IMG/VR virus record: IMGVR_UViG_3300022074_005559
Direction: 5' to 3' (one strand)
Length of the DNA: 64,000 bases
DNA from: a virus
Taxonomy: Duplodnaviria > Caudoviricetes
The stretch's first letter is position 1; each line of letters begins with the position of its first letter. Positions 28,105-36,616 of the stretch are shown here, in pieces. The notes below the pieces were generated by a model. The model saw only the letters and a program-made list of their open reading frames with translations, was not told the origin of the DNA and did not search any database. The translations under genes and the position numbers were made by a program.

Positions 28105-28723
28105 TTGCGTAGTATTCCCAACTGTGTGTATCTTTGTAGTCCCAATGACATCTATGCCACTGTGTATATATTTGTTTTGCACGAATGTAGTCTATGTCTA
28201 CAAGCCATCTTGTGTCATGATAAAAATGATCAAAGTGCCCTTGGTATAAACTGTCTGTATAAATCACATCAACGCCACTAGTCTCCATTGCGCACTTGCG
28301 ATCATACATTATTTCGTGCATGTTAAGTATGTTTTCTTCTCGTGTACTGCCGCCAAAATCCAGTATGTTACCTGCTTTTTCTATGTAAGCTCTGACTTGC
28401 CAATCAAATGCCATGCGACTTTTTGGTAGCACTGCTACACAATGTCCTAGTGTTTGTAGTTTTTTGAAGTCTTTGGTGTTGTGGAAAGCACTGTGGTTTA
28501 CATACAAGTTTGACTCTAAACTGTCTATGTTTACACTATCTGCTACTATGTTTATTCTTGTTGTGCGTTCCTTTTCTATCCAACTGTTAAACGTACCATC
28601 ATACAGTGTGTTTACCAAGTTATAATCGAAAGGACAGGTGTAGCGATTGTCTAGTAAGAAAAGGTTTTTAACTAGATTTGTTCCTGCTCCTAAATCACCT
28701 AACAGTATTAGACTATCTTGCAT
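28085..28723 (-). CDS. putative sulfotransferase-like / P-loop protein
   Basis: N-terminal LGDLGAGTNLVKN resembles a 5'-phosphosulfate-binding loop; weak evidence. Confidence 0.45.
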   Translation of the reverse strand: MQDSLILLGDLGAGTNLVKNLFLLDNRYTCPFDYNLVNTLYDGTFNSWIEKERTTRINIVADSVNIDSLESNLYVNHSAFHNTKDFKKLQTLGHCVAVLPKSRMAFDWQVRAYIEKAGNILDFGGSTREENILNMHEIMYDRKCAMETSGVDVIYTDSLYQGHFDHFYHDTRWLVDIDYIRAKQIYTQWHRCHWDYKDTHSWEYYANGLIAT

Positions 28724-30068
28724 GATACTTGCACTGGTTCCAAAAACTTGCCATCTCCGGAAAGGTTGCTAAAAAGTCTGTGCCTCTCCGACGATCGTGT
28801 TCATTAAAGAATCTATAAAAATCAGCACGTTTGCGTTCTACGTCTGAAGTGCCTTGTAACATCCAATCTAAATCACGTTGCATTTTTTGAACTTCATAGT
28901 CTTTAAAGCCATGCATTTCGTCTAAGTTATCTTGCATATATCTAATACAATCCTGCAAAACTAACTGATATTCTCCAGGCAGTATTTGCATGCTTTGCCA
29001 TTCTGGAGTATACAATAGTGGAGTATCAAACCATACACGTTGATATGTATCAGTGTAAGTTTTACGCAAGTATACAATATGCTCTAGCAACCGTTGTAAA
29101 CCAAGTATGCTGAGATTGTTCATTGTAATGATAAATGTAAGACTACTGCGTCTTGGGATGTCTCGAATAAACTCTTCACATCTATTTATCGCCAGGTCAA
29201 AGTCCAGTCCATGTCGGATATATTCTGCTTGCGCACCCCAAGTGTCTAGACTTACAAACTGCATGAAGTGTTCAATGTTTTCTCCATCACATAGTCGCTG
29301 TACATAAGTTTTGTACTTGTTCCACACTGTGGGATCAACACTGAAGTTACTAGTGACGTTTAAATGCAAGTCTTGCTTGGGATTGTCTAACACATAATCA
29401 AACACACGATATGTGTTAGGATCCATAGTAGGCTCGCCGCCTGTCATTCTAAAGTGTTGTAACGATGGGTAAAGGTCGGGCCACCATTTCCAGAACGCTT
29501 CTCGGTAGGGGTTGTCTTCTCTGTTAGGTATAGCCCTGCGTTCTCCGGAAAAGTGTTCTGGGGCATTGTGCGGTACACTTGTGGGCCATGCTCCGTGTTC
29601 GTTGGATTCACGAGTCCACATGCTGCTAAACTGAGGACTGCAATAACTGCACTTAAGATTACATACATTATTAAAGTTTACCTCCATGTAACTTGGGTTA
29701 ATATCTGCTAAAGGACGATTTATTATCTCATCAAAACTATTCATAGCCCATGGCTCACCACTGCGATAATGTCTATCGCTGATATTGCCTTGACTTTCTA
29801 TATTCCAACAATACTTGCAATCCGTACACTTGATGCCTGCCATCATTTCTGCACGACTTGCTTTTTTGTGTGCAGTGTTGTGCAGTGCGCTTGGATTAGT
29901 TGCTAATGGTTCAACTGGTATTCGATGCAGTGGCGGATGATAGCAACTGTTTGTGTGTCCGGTTGTAAGATGCAAACTAACTTGTTTCCACTTAGCCAAA
30001 CAAAAACTATCGCTGACTGTTGCTAGTTTATCTTTGGCTGCTAGTGCATCTTTATAGTAATCGCTCAA
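28713..30068 (-). CDS. radical SAM protein with N-terminal Cys-rich domain (second subfamily; TTG start)
   Basis: CNLKCSYC, MTGGEP and VTSNF; N-terminal FCLAKW...SCYHP...CKYC; paralog of 23845..25221. Confidence 0.92.
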   Translation of the reverse strand: MSDYYKDALAAKDKLATVSDSFCLAKWKQVSLHLTTGHTNSCYHPPLHRIPVEPLATNPSALHNTAHKKASRAEMMAGIKCTDCKYCWNIESQGNISDRHYRSGEPWAMNSFDEIINRPLADINPSYMEVNFNNVCNLKCSYCSPQFSSMWTRESNEHGAWPTSVPHNAPEHFSGERRAIPNREDNPYREAFWKWWPDLYPSLQHFRMTGGEPTMDPNTYRVFDYVLDNPKQDLHLNVTSNFSVDPTVWNKYKTYVQRLCDGENIEHFMQFVSLDTWGAQAEYIRHGLDFDLAINRCEEFIRDIPRRSSLTFIITMNNLSILGLQRLLEHIVYLRKTYTDTYQRVWFDTPLLYTPEWQSMQILPGEYQLVLQDCIRYMQDNLDEMHGFKDYEVQKMQRDLDWMLQGTSDVERKRADFYRFFNEHDRRRGTDFLATFPEMASFWNQCKYHAR

Positions 30069-31014
30069 AATCTTTATCCATCATTTCATTTAGTAGTGTT
30101 TGATTTGCTTGTAATCTATCTTTAAGAGTATTACAGTCCGTGTCACTTTGCATAAACTTTTTCAGACTTGCATACATCATGTCAATCCTAATATAGTCTG
30201 ATTGTGTGTCATAACTCTTATCCAATATGTCATCGAAAATATCAAAGCCCATATCTTTAAGACGTTGCTCACAGTCTTTACTGCCTGCTATCATAAACAG
30301 TCTTCCATATTGAATAGGTCTCCACGTTTTTTCTGTGATATACATTGTATTGTCTGTGGTTACAGTTTCGTATGCAAGTTCAATACTAACAGTTTTATAT
30401 ACACTAGTCCAAAAATCTACATCATACTGATTTCCTAAGTTGATAGGATGTTTTCCATATGTTTTTTGAAAATCGCTGTAAGGAAGATCTTCTAATATAT
30501 TTTTATACTCATTGATATATTCTAATGCAAACTCCTGAACAGGTGTAACTTTGTATGCCATTGGGTCATGATGAAAAGTAGTTACACTTCTATCCTTGAA
30601 TAAAAAGTTTTTGTGTTTAAGATACCCGTACATTCTATTATTATCAGCTCTGCCTAACAGTTGACAATAAGTATGTTGTTTTGGAAAACCGATATCTGCC
30701 GGTATTTTTAACCCTTTCATTGCAACCAATGCCTCATTCCAGCCTATATATTTGCATTCAAATATATCACTTTTAGCAAGCATATCATTTGTAATAAAAC
30801 TAATAGTTTCATACGGAATGCTTAAATGATCTGCAATATTTTTTACGGCTAATTCTAGTCCGTTGTGCGTTATATCAAACCCTTCATTATTCAAACTTAA
30901 ACATATTTTTTGGTCAATGCTGTTATGGAAATGTTTTGCTATTTCACATGCTAATATTTCAATGTCGAGGGTAGAAGCGGTAGTGCAATAAGGAGTTACA
31001 TCAATAGTTACCAT
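30052..31014 (-). CDS. GT-B-like putative glycosyltransferase (ET...EKxxR family)
   Basis: IELAYET...YITEKTWRPI...MGFDIFDDILDKSYD. Confidence 0.55.
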   Translation of the reverse strand: MVTIDVTPYCTTASTLDIEILACEIAKHFHNSIDQKICLSLNNEGFDITHNGLELAVKNIADHLSIPYETISFITNDMLAKSDIFECKYIGWNEALVAMKGLKIPADIGFPKQHTYCQLLGRADNNRMYGYLKHKNFLFKDRSVTTFHHDPMAYKVTPVQEFALEYINEYKNILEDLPYSDFQKTYGKHPINLGNQYDVDFWTSVYKTVSIELAYETVTTDNTMYITEKTWRPIQYGRLFMIAGSKDCEQRLKDMGFDIFDDILDKSYDTQSDYIRIDMMYASLKKFMQSDTDCNTLKDRLQANQTLLNEMMDKDFERLL

Positions 31015-31919
31015 CCTTCATGCCTTCTAATCATGTCTATTTCCAAACTCATGGGATCACTAGGACAGTAGGTTTCAGCATAGTATTTTTTGAAAAACTT
31101 ACTACTGTAAGTATCTAAGTTTAACATAGGCAAACCTAATCTACTTAGTAGCGCACCGTTTATTTCCGGCATTTGTAAAACATCAAACTCGTTGAAAATG
31201 CGTTCTAAGTTTTCGAACCATTGTACTTCTGTATGATCCCAGTCTGTAAGCATGGTCATGTATGTACCAAGTCTTGCTCCGTTTATAGCAAACTCGCCAT
31301 GCTCTGCATCTCTGCCTACATTATGCCAAATGCTCAGTCTATCGAAGTTTGATTTATGCACCATATCCTCAAACTCTTGCAAGGTAGGTTTAGTGCCATT
31401 GCGTAAGCACATCTTTACACCTTCACGAAAGCCAGCTCTAAATGCATGCTTGTTGCTGCCATTTGGATAGGTTGTACTGTAAACATTATTCATTGCTAGG
31501 TACTTAGGATCGTAGCAAAACTCTACTGCCGTTTCATCACTACCGTCGCTGTGTTCGTGTGTGCGCATGTTGTATACAAAGTCTTTTGTCCAGCAACTTA
31601 ATCCTCCATTGCCGTACATAAGTCCGTTGATGTCATTTACTGCTTTCCAACGGAATACACAATCCTCATGCTTGTCCTCAATGTCTAGTGTAACATCAAA
31701 AAACTCTGAGAAGGGCATGTTGTCGCCATCAATGAGAATAAAGCGTTCTGTGTCACTTGCATCTGCTGCCGCTTTATGAGCCGCATCACTGCCTTCTACG
31801 CCATCAACACGCTTTGCCCAAGGCACCATGTTTTGGATCTTTACCCAAAACTCTTCTTTTTTTGGCTCATCGTAACTTAGATAAACACAGTCTAAGTCTG
31901 CTACATCAACTTTTAACAT
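31008..31919 (-). CDS. GT-A-like glycosyltransferase
   Basis: DCVYLSYDEP, VDGVEGSDAAH, ILIDGDN (DxD), NGLMYGNGG and FRAGFREGVKM. Confidence 0.7.
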   Translation of the reverse strand: MLKVDVADLDCVYLSYDEPKKEEFWVKIQNMVPWAKRVDGVEGSDAAHKAAADASDTERFILIDGDNMPFSEFFDVTLDIEDKHEDCVFRWKAVNDINGLMYGNGGLSCWTKDFVYNMRTHEHSDGSDETAVEFCYDPKYLAMNNVYSTTYPNGSNKHAFRAGFREGVKMCLRNGTKPTLQEFEDMVHKSNFDRLSIWHNVGRDAEHGEFAINGARLGTYMTMLTDWDHTEVQWFENLERIFNEFDVLQMPEINGALLSRLGLPMLNLDTYSSKFFKKYYAETYCPSDPMSLEIDMIRRHEGW

Positions 31920-32199
31920 ATGGATTTCTTTCTAGTTCCTGTTGCGTTAGGTTCCAAGTACGTTGCTTGGGGGGAGTGAATACAAGTTCATTTTCTATAA
32001 CAGTGTAGTCTTGTAGTTTTTGATAGCAAGCATCATATTGTTCTTGTGTGATTTCAATGTGTTGCCCTTGTGCAATCTTGTTTATTGTTATGTTAAGTAT
32101 ACTACCATCTTCGGCAAAATACAATCTATACACAGTGCTCGTGCGTGTAGTATCTATAACCTGTGCAACATCAAAAAATGTGCTATAGTCCTTGCTCAT
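31906..32199 (-). CDS. hypothetical protein (97 aa)
   Basis: Co-oriented overlapping ORF. Confidence 0.7.
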   Translation of the reverse strand: MSKDYSTFFDVAQVIDTTRTSTVYRLYFAEDGSILNITINKIAQGQHIEITQEQYDACYQKLQDYTVIENELVFTPPKQRTWNLTQQELERNPYVKS

Positions 32200-32992
32200 A
32201 TCTTTGTATTAACTCCTGTGTACAAAAATCTTTGTGAAAATAATGAAATGGTATTGTTTGTGCATATCCGTTGACACAAAAAATCATATCATCTGTTAGT
32301 GCCCAGTGGCAAGCATCACGCCAGTCATCTGTGCTAAAGTTGTTTATGTGTTGCTTCATATGCGTAAATCTAGGATAATCTAGTGTAGGCACATGATATT
32401 GGTCACTGCCAAGTTCTGTAGCTGCGATGCTCATGAAAACATCTGTATCGGCATATTCATGTCTACAGTTTTTAAGCACACTGTTCTTATATACATCAAA
32501 GTTGCTGCGTACACGTTCGCATGTTTCAAAAAACTGTTTTGTTTCAACACAATGCCTAAAATACATAAATCCATTGTACGCACTTAGCAGATTGTTTTCC
32601 TGCCACATCTTTCTGTGATGTATATCTTCTACTACTTCACCTCTATAGTTGCACACACTTGTTGTAAAGGTGACATTGCGAAGTCTTAGTCCTGCCCACC
32701 AATGATCTATGTTACTGGTGATTAACATGTCACTTTCTACTTTTATCGTTTCTTTAAACGGAGTAAGTTCCCATGCTAGGCATTCGTTAGCAAACACAGG
32801 CATAGTAGGAATGCTAATGACTTCATCAAATGCAGCTCGCATGTGTTCGGGTACTTCACAGTCTGTGACAACTGCAAATGTATTGATTTTACAGTAAGTC
32901 TTGACACTGAGTGCAAGCAAGTATGCGCATTGCAAATACTGCGCACCTTGTGCAAAAGTCAAATAGCCTTGTTCACGAGTTTTTGGTCTCAT
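32183..32992 (-). CDS. GT8-like glycosyltransferase (ATG 32992 by ATGA coupling)
   Basis: GYLTFAQ, AYLLALS, TPFKETIKVESDML, YNGFMYF and DVFMSIA; paralog of the neighbouring gene. Confidence 0.65.
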   Translation of the reverse strand: MRPKTREQGYLTFAQGAQYLQCAYLLALSVKTYCKINTFAVVTDCEVPEHMRAAFDEVISIPTMPVFANECLAWELTPFKETIKVESDMLITSNIDHWWAGLRLRNVTFTTSVCNYRGEVVEDIHHRKMWQENNLLSAYNGFMYFRHCVETKQFFETCERVRSNFDVYKNSVLKNCRHEYADTDVFMSIAATELGSDQYHVPTLDYPRFTHMKQHINNFSTDDWRDACHWALTDDMIFCVNGYAQTIPFHYFHKDFCTQELIQRYEQGL

Positions 32993-33786
32993 CCTATACT
33001 GTTCCAAAGTTTTGTATAAACATCTGTGTCTGCATCTAATATACTGCGTTTGTTCATTACATGCAAATCACCTTTGTACCTCAGTACATTATGACTGTCT
33101 TTGTGTTCGTACTTGCACAGCCAACGACCATTTGCGTAATCCAACACACTGTCACTACTGCTAAGTGCAGGCAGTGCATAGTCAAATGTTGCTGTGTTTG
33201 CATATCCGTTACATATTTGATGTGCAATACTCATTGCAAAGTCGTTGCGGAATGGTGCCTTACTAAATCCAAACAGTTCTGCATAGTAAGCATAGTTTTC
33301 ATACACCATCTTCCATGCATCAAATATACGCTTTGCGTGTTGTGACTTTTTAAAATACACAACTGTTGCCCAGCGCATACTAAAGCAGTTTTTTGTCATG
33401 TAAAGATCATGTCTAAATACATCGTTGCCTGATATATCCCAACTGAGGTTATGACAAATAAAATCATGCTTGCTACCAAAATAGTTAGCCAACGTATCAC
33501 ACTGGACAAAATAGTCACTGTCAATAAGTATTGTTTCATCAAACGGAGATATTGCGTAAGCATCAAAGCGTCCTATGTTGTTCCATTCTGTGCCTTCTAG
33601 TTCTCCACCGGGATAACGAAAAGTTCTAAAGTTTTTTTGCTTGGGTTGTATTGCTTCTATGTGAATAGGAACTTTTAAGTACCAGTTTGCAAGCCGACCA
33701 CACAGATGTGCCAAGCGTTCATAGTTAATCTGCGCACTTGGACTGTATAATATCAGTATGCCTCGTTTTTTTGTGCCTCTACGCAC
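32989..33786 (-). CDS. GT8-like glycosyltransferase (GTG/TTG start)
   Basis: SPFDETILIDSDY (DxD), WATVVYFKK, RNDFAMSIA and HVMNK. Confidence 0.65.
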   Translation of the reverse strand: MRRGTKKRGILILYSPSAQINYERLAHLCGRLANWYLKVPIHIEAIQPKQKNFRTFRYPGGELEGTEWNNIGRFDAYAISPFDETILIDSDYFVQCDTLANYFGSKHDFICHNLSWDISGNDVFRHDLYMTKNCFSMRWATVVYFKKSQHAKRIFDAWKMVYENYAYYAELFGFSKAPFRNDFAMSIAHQICNGYANTATFDYALPALSSSDSVLDYANGRWLCKYEHKDSHNVLRYKGDLHVMNKRSILDADTDVYTKLWNSIG

Positions 33787-34123
33787 CAACGTCTTTTACT
33801 CTGCGTTTTATCTTTAGTTCTTCGTATTCGTTGTACCAGTCGTTGTGTACTTCATTCCAACGTTCCTCGCACAAGCGCACTAGCTCAACAACATCTACTT
33901 TGATCGGAGTATCATAACTGTCAGGAAGTATGCATTCTGTGCTTTGCTGAAACAATCCTGCATTTGCATTTTTCATATACAAATAGTTAAGCAGTGTCAT
34001 ATCCACACGGAATAGACCACCATTGTATGTAACACTAAGACGTTGCTGTTGTTGTTCTTTGAGGGTTTGTTTTTGTCTATTGAGCTCGAATCGCTCTTTA
34101 GCGTAAGTTTCTAGGTTTTCCAT
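33779..34123 (-). CDS. hypothetical protein, first gene of the modification operon (ATG 34123)
   Basis: ATG lies 7 nt after the TATAAT element, so it may be leaderless. The 34159 start in the ORF track lies inside the promoter. Confidence 0.7.
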   Translation of the reverse strand: MENLETYAKERFELNRQKQTLKEQQQQRLSVTYNGGLFRVDMTLLNYLYMKNANAGLFQQSTECILPDSYDTPIKVDVVELVRLCEERWNEVHNDWYNEYEELKIKRRVKDVGA

Positions 34124-34130
34124 ACTTGAT

Positions 34131-34159
34131 ATTATAACAGGACCCGTAGGTCCTGTCAA
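34131..34159 (-). promoter_or_regulatory. consensus sigma70 promoter TTGACA-N17-TATAAT with palindromic spacer
   Basis: The minus strand reads TTGACAGGACCTACGGGTCCTGTTATAAT. Inverted repeat ACAGGACC (34137-34144) / GGTCCTGT (34149-34156). Confidence 0.85.
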
Positions 34160-34183
34160 TGTTTTTATTTACTAGGTTAGTTA

Positions 34184-35086
34184 TTAACTACCTGTTGCTG
34201 TGCCTGTTACAGTGATTGTGCCACCGTTGTCCGCAACATAAGTTGTGTCATGCTTTTCATAACCAAATGTCATTCTATGTGTACCTTCAACACGGTCTTG
34301 GTTAGTATAGATTGACTTGTTCCAACTACTATCAGCCGCCGCATCAACCCATATACAACTTGCTTCAACACTTGCACCACTGTCCTGTGTGCGTAGTTGC
34401 CACTGTATATAGTTTGCTGTATACGGACCAGTATCTTCGTACTGCTTTAATACTGTTACATATGAACTTGTTAGGTCATAGTAGCCTTTGTCAGTTTCGT
34501 TTGTACTCGGTGAGCCTGAGCCGCCACTCTTGCCTGATGCTTGTGCAGTTACCTGATATGTGCCTGCTTCTGTAAGCAAGTTTGCCCACTGGTTGCCTTT
34601 ACTGTCCGAACCGTGTCCACTTTGTGTACCACTAATACTTAGACGTCCGCCTGCGTTGAAGAAGTAACGAGCTTGGTTTTCACTACCCCATGCCCACTTG
34701 TGAGTAAATGTAAGTGTGCCTGTAAATGTGTTTGTGTTATCTCTGTTTGTGTTCGCTGCTGCTTGACGTGTTGCCGGTGTAAGTCTATTTGTATCAATAG
34801 TGGCAATGTTCGTGCTCAGTGCAGTGTATGCACTAATAACATCTGCAGCACTTGGATTCGAGATAGCAGTAATAGTTGATCCTTGATGATCTTTCATACT
34901 GTTAATACGAGTTAATAGTGTTGTCCACTGAGTAGCAGTAATAGTAGCACCAGCACTTACACTACTAACCGTTGTTGATTCTCCATAGCCACGATCACTT
35001 GTCCCAGTACCCCATAGTGCATTTACACTAGTAGCAAAATCATTATAGTGATCATCGAGGATAGTATCGCCAGTTGCGTATGCCAT
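34184..35086 (-). CDS. virion structural / tail-associated protein (Thr/Ser-rich)
   Basis: MAYATGDTILDDHYN start, ITATQW, ARYFFNAGG; located in the structural module. Confidence 0.75.
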   Translation of the reverse strand: MAYATGDTILDDHYNDFATSVNALWGTGTSDRGYGESTTVSSVSAGATITATQWTTLLTRINSMKDHQGSTITAISNPSAADVISAYTALSTNIATIDTNRLTPATRQAAANTNRDNTNTFTGTLTFTHKWAWGSENQARYFFNAGGRLSISGTQSGHGSDSKGNQWANLLTEAGTYQVTAQASGKSGGSGSPSTNETDKGYYDLTSSYVTVLKQYEDTGPYTANYIQWQLRTQDSGASVEASCIWVDAAADSSWNKSIYTNQDRVEGTHRMTFGYEKHDTTYVADNGGTITVTGTATGS

Positions 35087-35101
35087 TTATTATTTCTCCG
35101 A

Positions 35102-36556
35102 TTAGTTAATAGTCACAAAGGCTTCAACTGTGCCTTCTTCTATTGTTGTTTTAGTTTGGATGGCTCTTCCGATAACATTGAATGCGTTGATTGATTCATC
35201 TTCGCTAGCTGCTCTTGCAAGTCCGTTGCCTGCACTAACAAGTCTATCACCTTTATTTACCATTCCAAGAACTCTTACAGGAACACGACCTGCGACCGCT
35301 ACTGGAGCGCCGCCTGTTTGCGCACTGTTCATTAGGTATGCTGGTCTATCACTAATAACACCAAATACTTTGTTTGAAAGTTCATCATTTACTGCTGTAA
35401 TCTCTTCTGCACCACCTAGTGCAACTACTGTGCCCGGTGCATAACTGTTATCTGGACGGAAGTTTTCTGCCAAGTCAGCGTATTGTGCAGCACTTGCTGT
35501 ACCGTTAAATGTTGTTGCAAACACTTCGTTGATTCTGTTGCCACTGCTACCAAAGTCTACTGTACCACTAACAAGAATGTCTCCTGACATTGTACCACCA
35601 GTTACTAGTAAGCCGCCGCTTCCTGACACTGAACTATCAACATATGCCTTTGTTGCAGCATGTAGGTTGTCTGTTGGTGCACCTGCTAGACTTACACGGC
35701 TTGTTGCGCCATCTACTGTTAGTGCAGTAGTTGTTACACCACCGTCATTAACCTTAATAAGAATATCACCATCTGATGTTGTATTTGCAATACTGATATC
35801 ACTGCCACTTACACCAACTGTGAAGTCACTGTCAACACCAACAACTAGACCTGTGTCATTTAGTACACTAAGCACACCACTTGTTGAATCACTAGCGTTA
35901 CTGCGCAAATAGTTTGCAGCCGCTACGCCACCAAGTGCATCTGAATCTGTTGCTGTACCTTGAAACTTGTTACCTGTGATTGCGGTTGAAAGTTGAATAC
36001 CTGGCTTAATAGTAGCAAAACCTGACAATGCACTCTGCGGAGTAAATGTTGCATCTTTGCTTACTGTGCCAACTAGTGTGTTATTTGTAAACAGTTTCAC
36101 AACAACGTGGTCTGTTGCACCACTGTCTGTTACTGTTTCAACAATAGCACCTGAAGTACCTGTACCTGAAGTAAATGATGGACCAATAGTTGTAAAACTT
36201 GATCCGTTGTAAACTTTCAACTGTCCGTTTGTTGTATCCCACCAAAGGTCACCAGTAACACTACTGCTAGGAGTACTTGCACTTGCTGTACTACTACTAA
36301 CAGTTTTAAATGTTGTGCCGTTATAAACTTTAAGTAGGTTGTTTGTTTTATCCCACCACATTTGACCTGCTAGTGGTGAACTAGGTGCTGAAGTGTTAGC
36401 AAAGTTTTCGAGAAGTTTTACTAAGTTCTCGTTGAAAAACTCGCCGTAACCAGCATAGTTCTTACCAATAAGTGTAAGGTCTGTGGTTGTATCAATAGTA
36501 CCGTCTGCTACTGTGCTTAGAATAGTACCGTCGGTTTTATTAACTGTATAAGCCAT
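35102..36556 (-). CDS. tail fibre / baseplate-attached protein with C-terminal intramolecular-chaperone (peptidase G2-like) domain
   Basis: MAYTVNK, LIGKNYAGYGE..NEN.VKLLENF, GQMWWD; C-terminal AQYADLAE...GTVV..GG...PAYLMN...GRVPVRV.G.V.KGD. Confidence 0.8.
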   Translation of the reverse strand: MAYTVNKTDGTILSTVADGTIDTTTDLTLIGKNYAGYGEFFNENLVKLLENFANTSAPSSPLAGQMWWDKTNNLLKVYNGTTFKTVSSSTASASTPSSSVTGDLWWDTTNGQLKVYNGSSFTTIGPSFTSGTGTSGAIVETVTDSGATDHVVVKLFTNNTLVGTVSKDATFTPQSALSGFATIKPGIQLSTAITGNKFQGTATDSDALGGVAAANYLRSNASDSTSGVLSVLNDTGLVVGVDSDFTVGVSGSDISIANTTSDGDILIKVNDGGVTTTALTVDGATSRVSLAGAPTDNLHAATKAYVDSSVSGSGGLLVTGGTMSGDILVSGTVDFGSSGNRINEVFATTFNGTASAAQYADLAENFRPDNSYAPGTVVALGGAEEITAVNDELSNKVFGVISDRPAYLMNSAQTGGAPVAVAGRVPVRVLGMVNKGDRLVSAGNGLARAASEDESINAFNVIGRAIQTKTTIEEGTVEAFVTIN

Positions 36557-36588
36557 TTCTTATTTGCTCCGCATATATTCGTTAGTAT

Positions 36589-36595
36589 TATTTAT
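36589..36595 (-). promoter_or_regulatory. late promoter ATAAATA
   Basis: Minus-strand GATAAATA in the gap, about 33 nt upstream of ATG 36556. Confidence 0.55.
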
Positions 36596-36616
36596 CCAAA
36601 TGATTAACTATGTATA

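Noticed and set aside
34137-34170. Hairpin as an intrinsic terminator of the structural operon
   Set aside because: There is no U-tract after the stem on the - strand, and the stem coincides with a perfect promoter. A weak antisense (+) terminator role remains possible.
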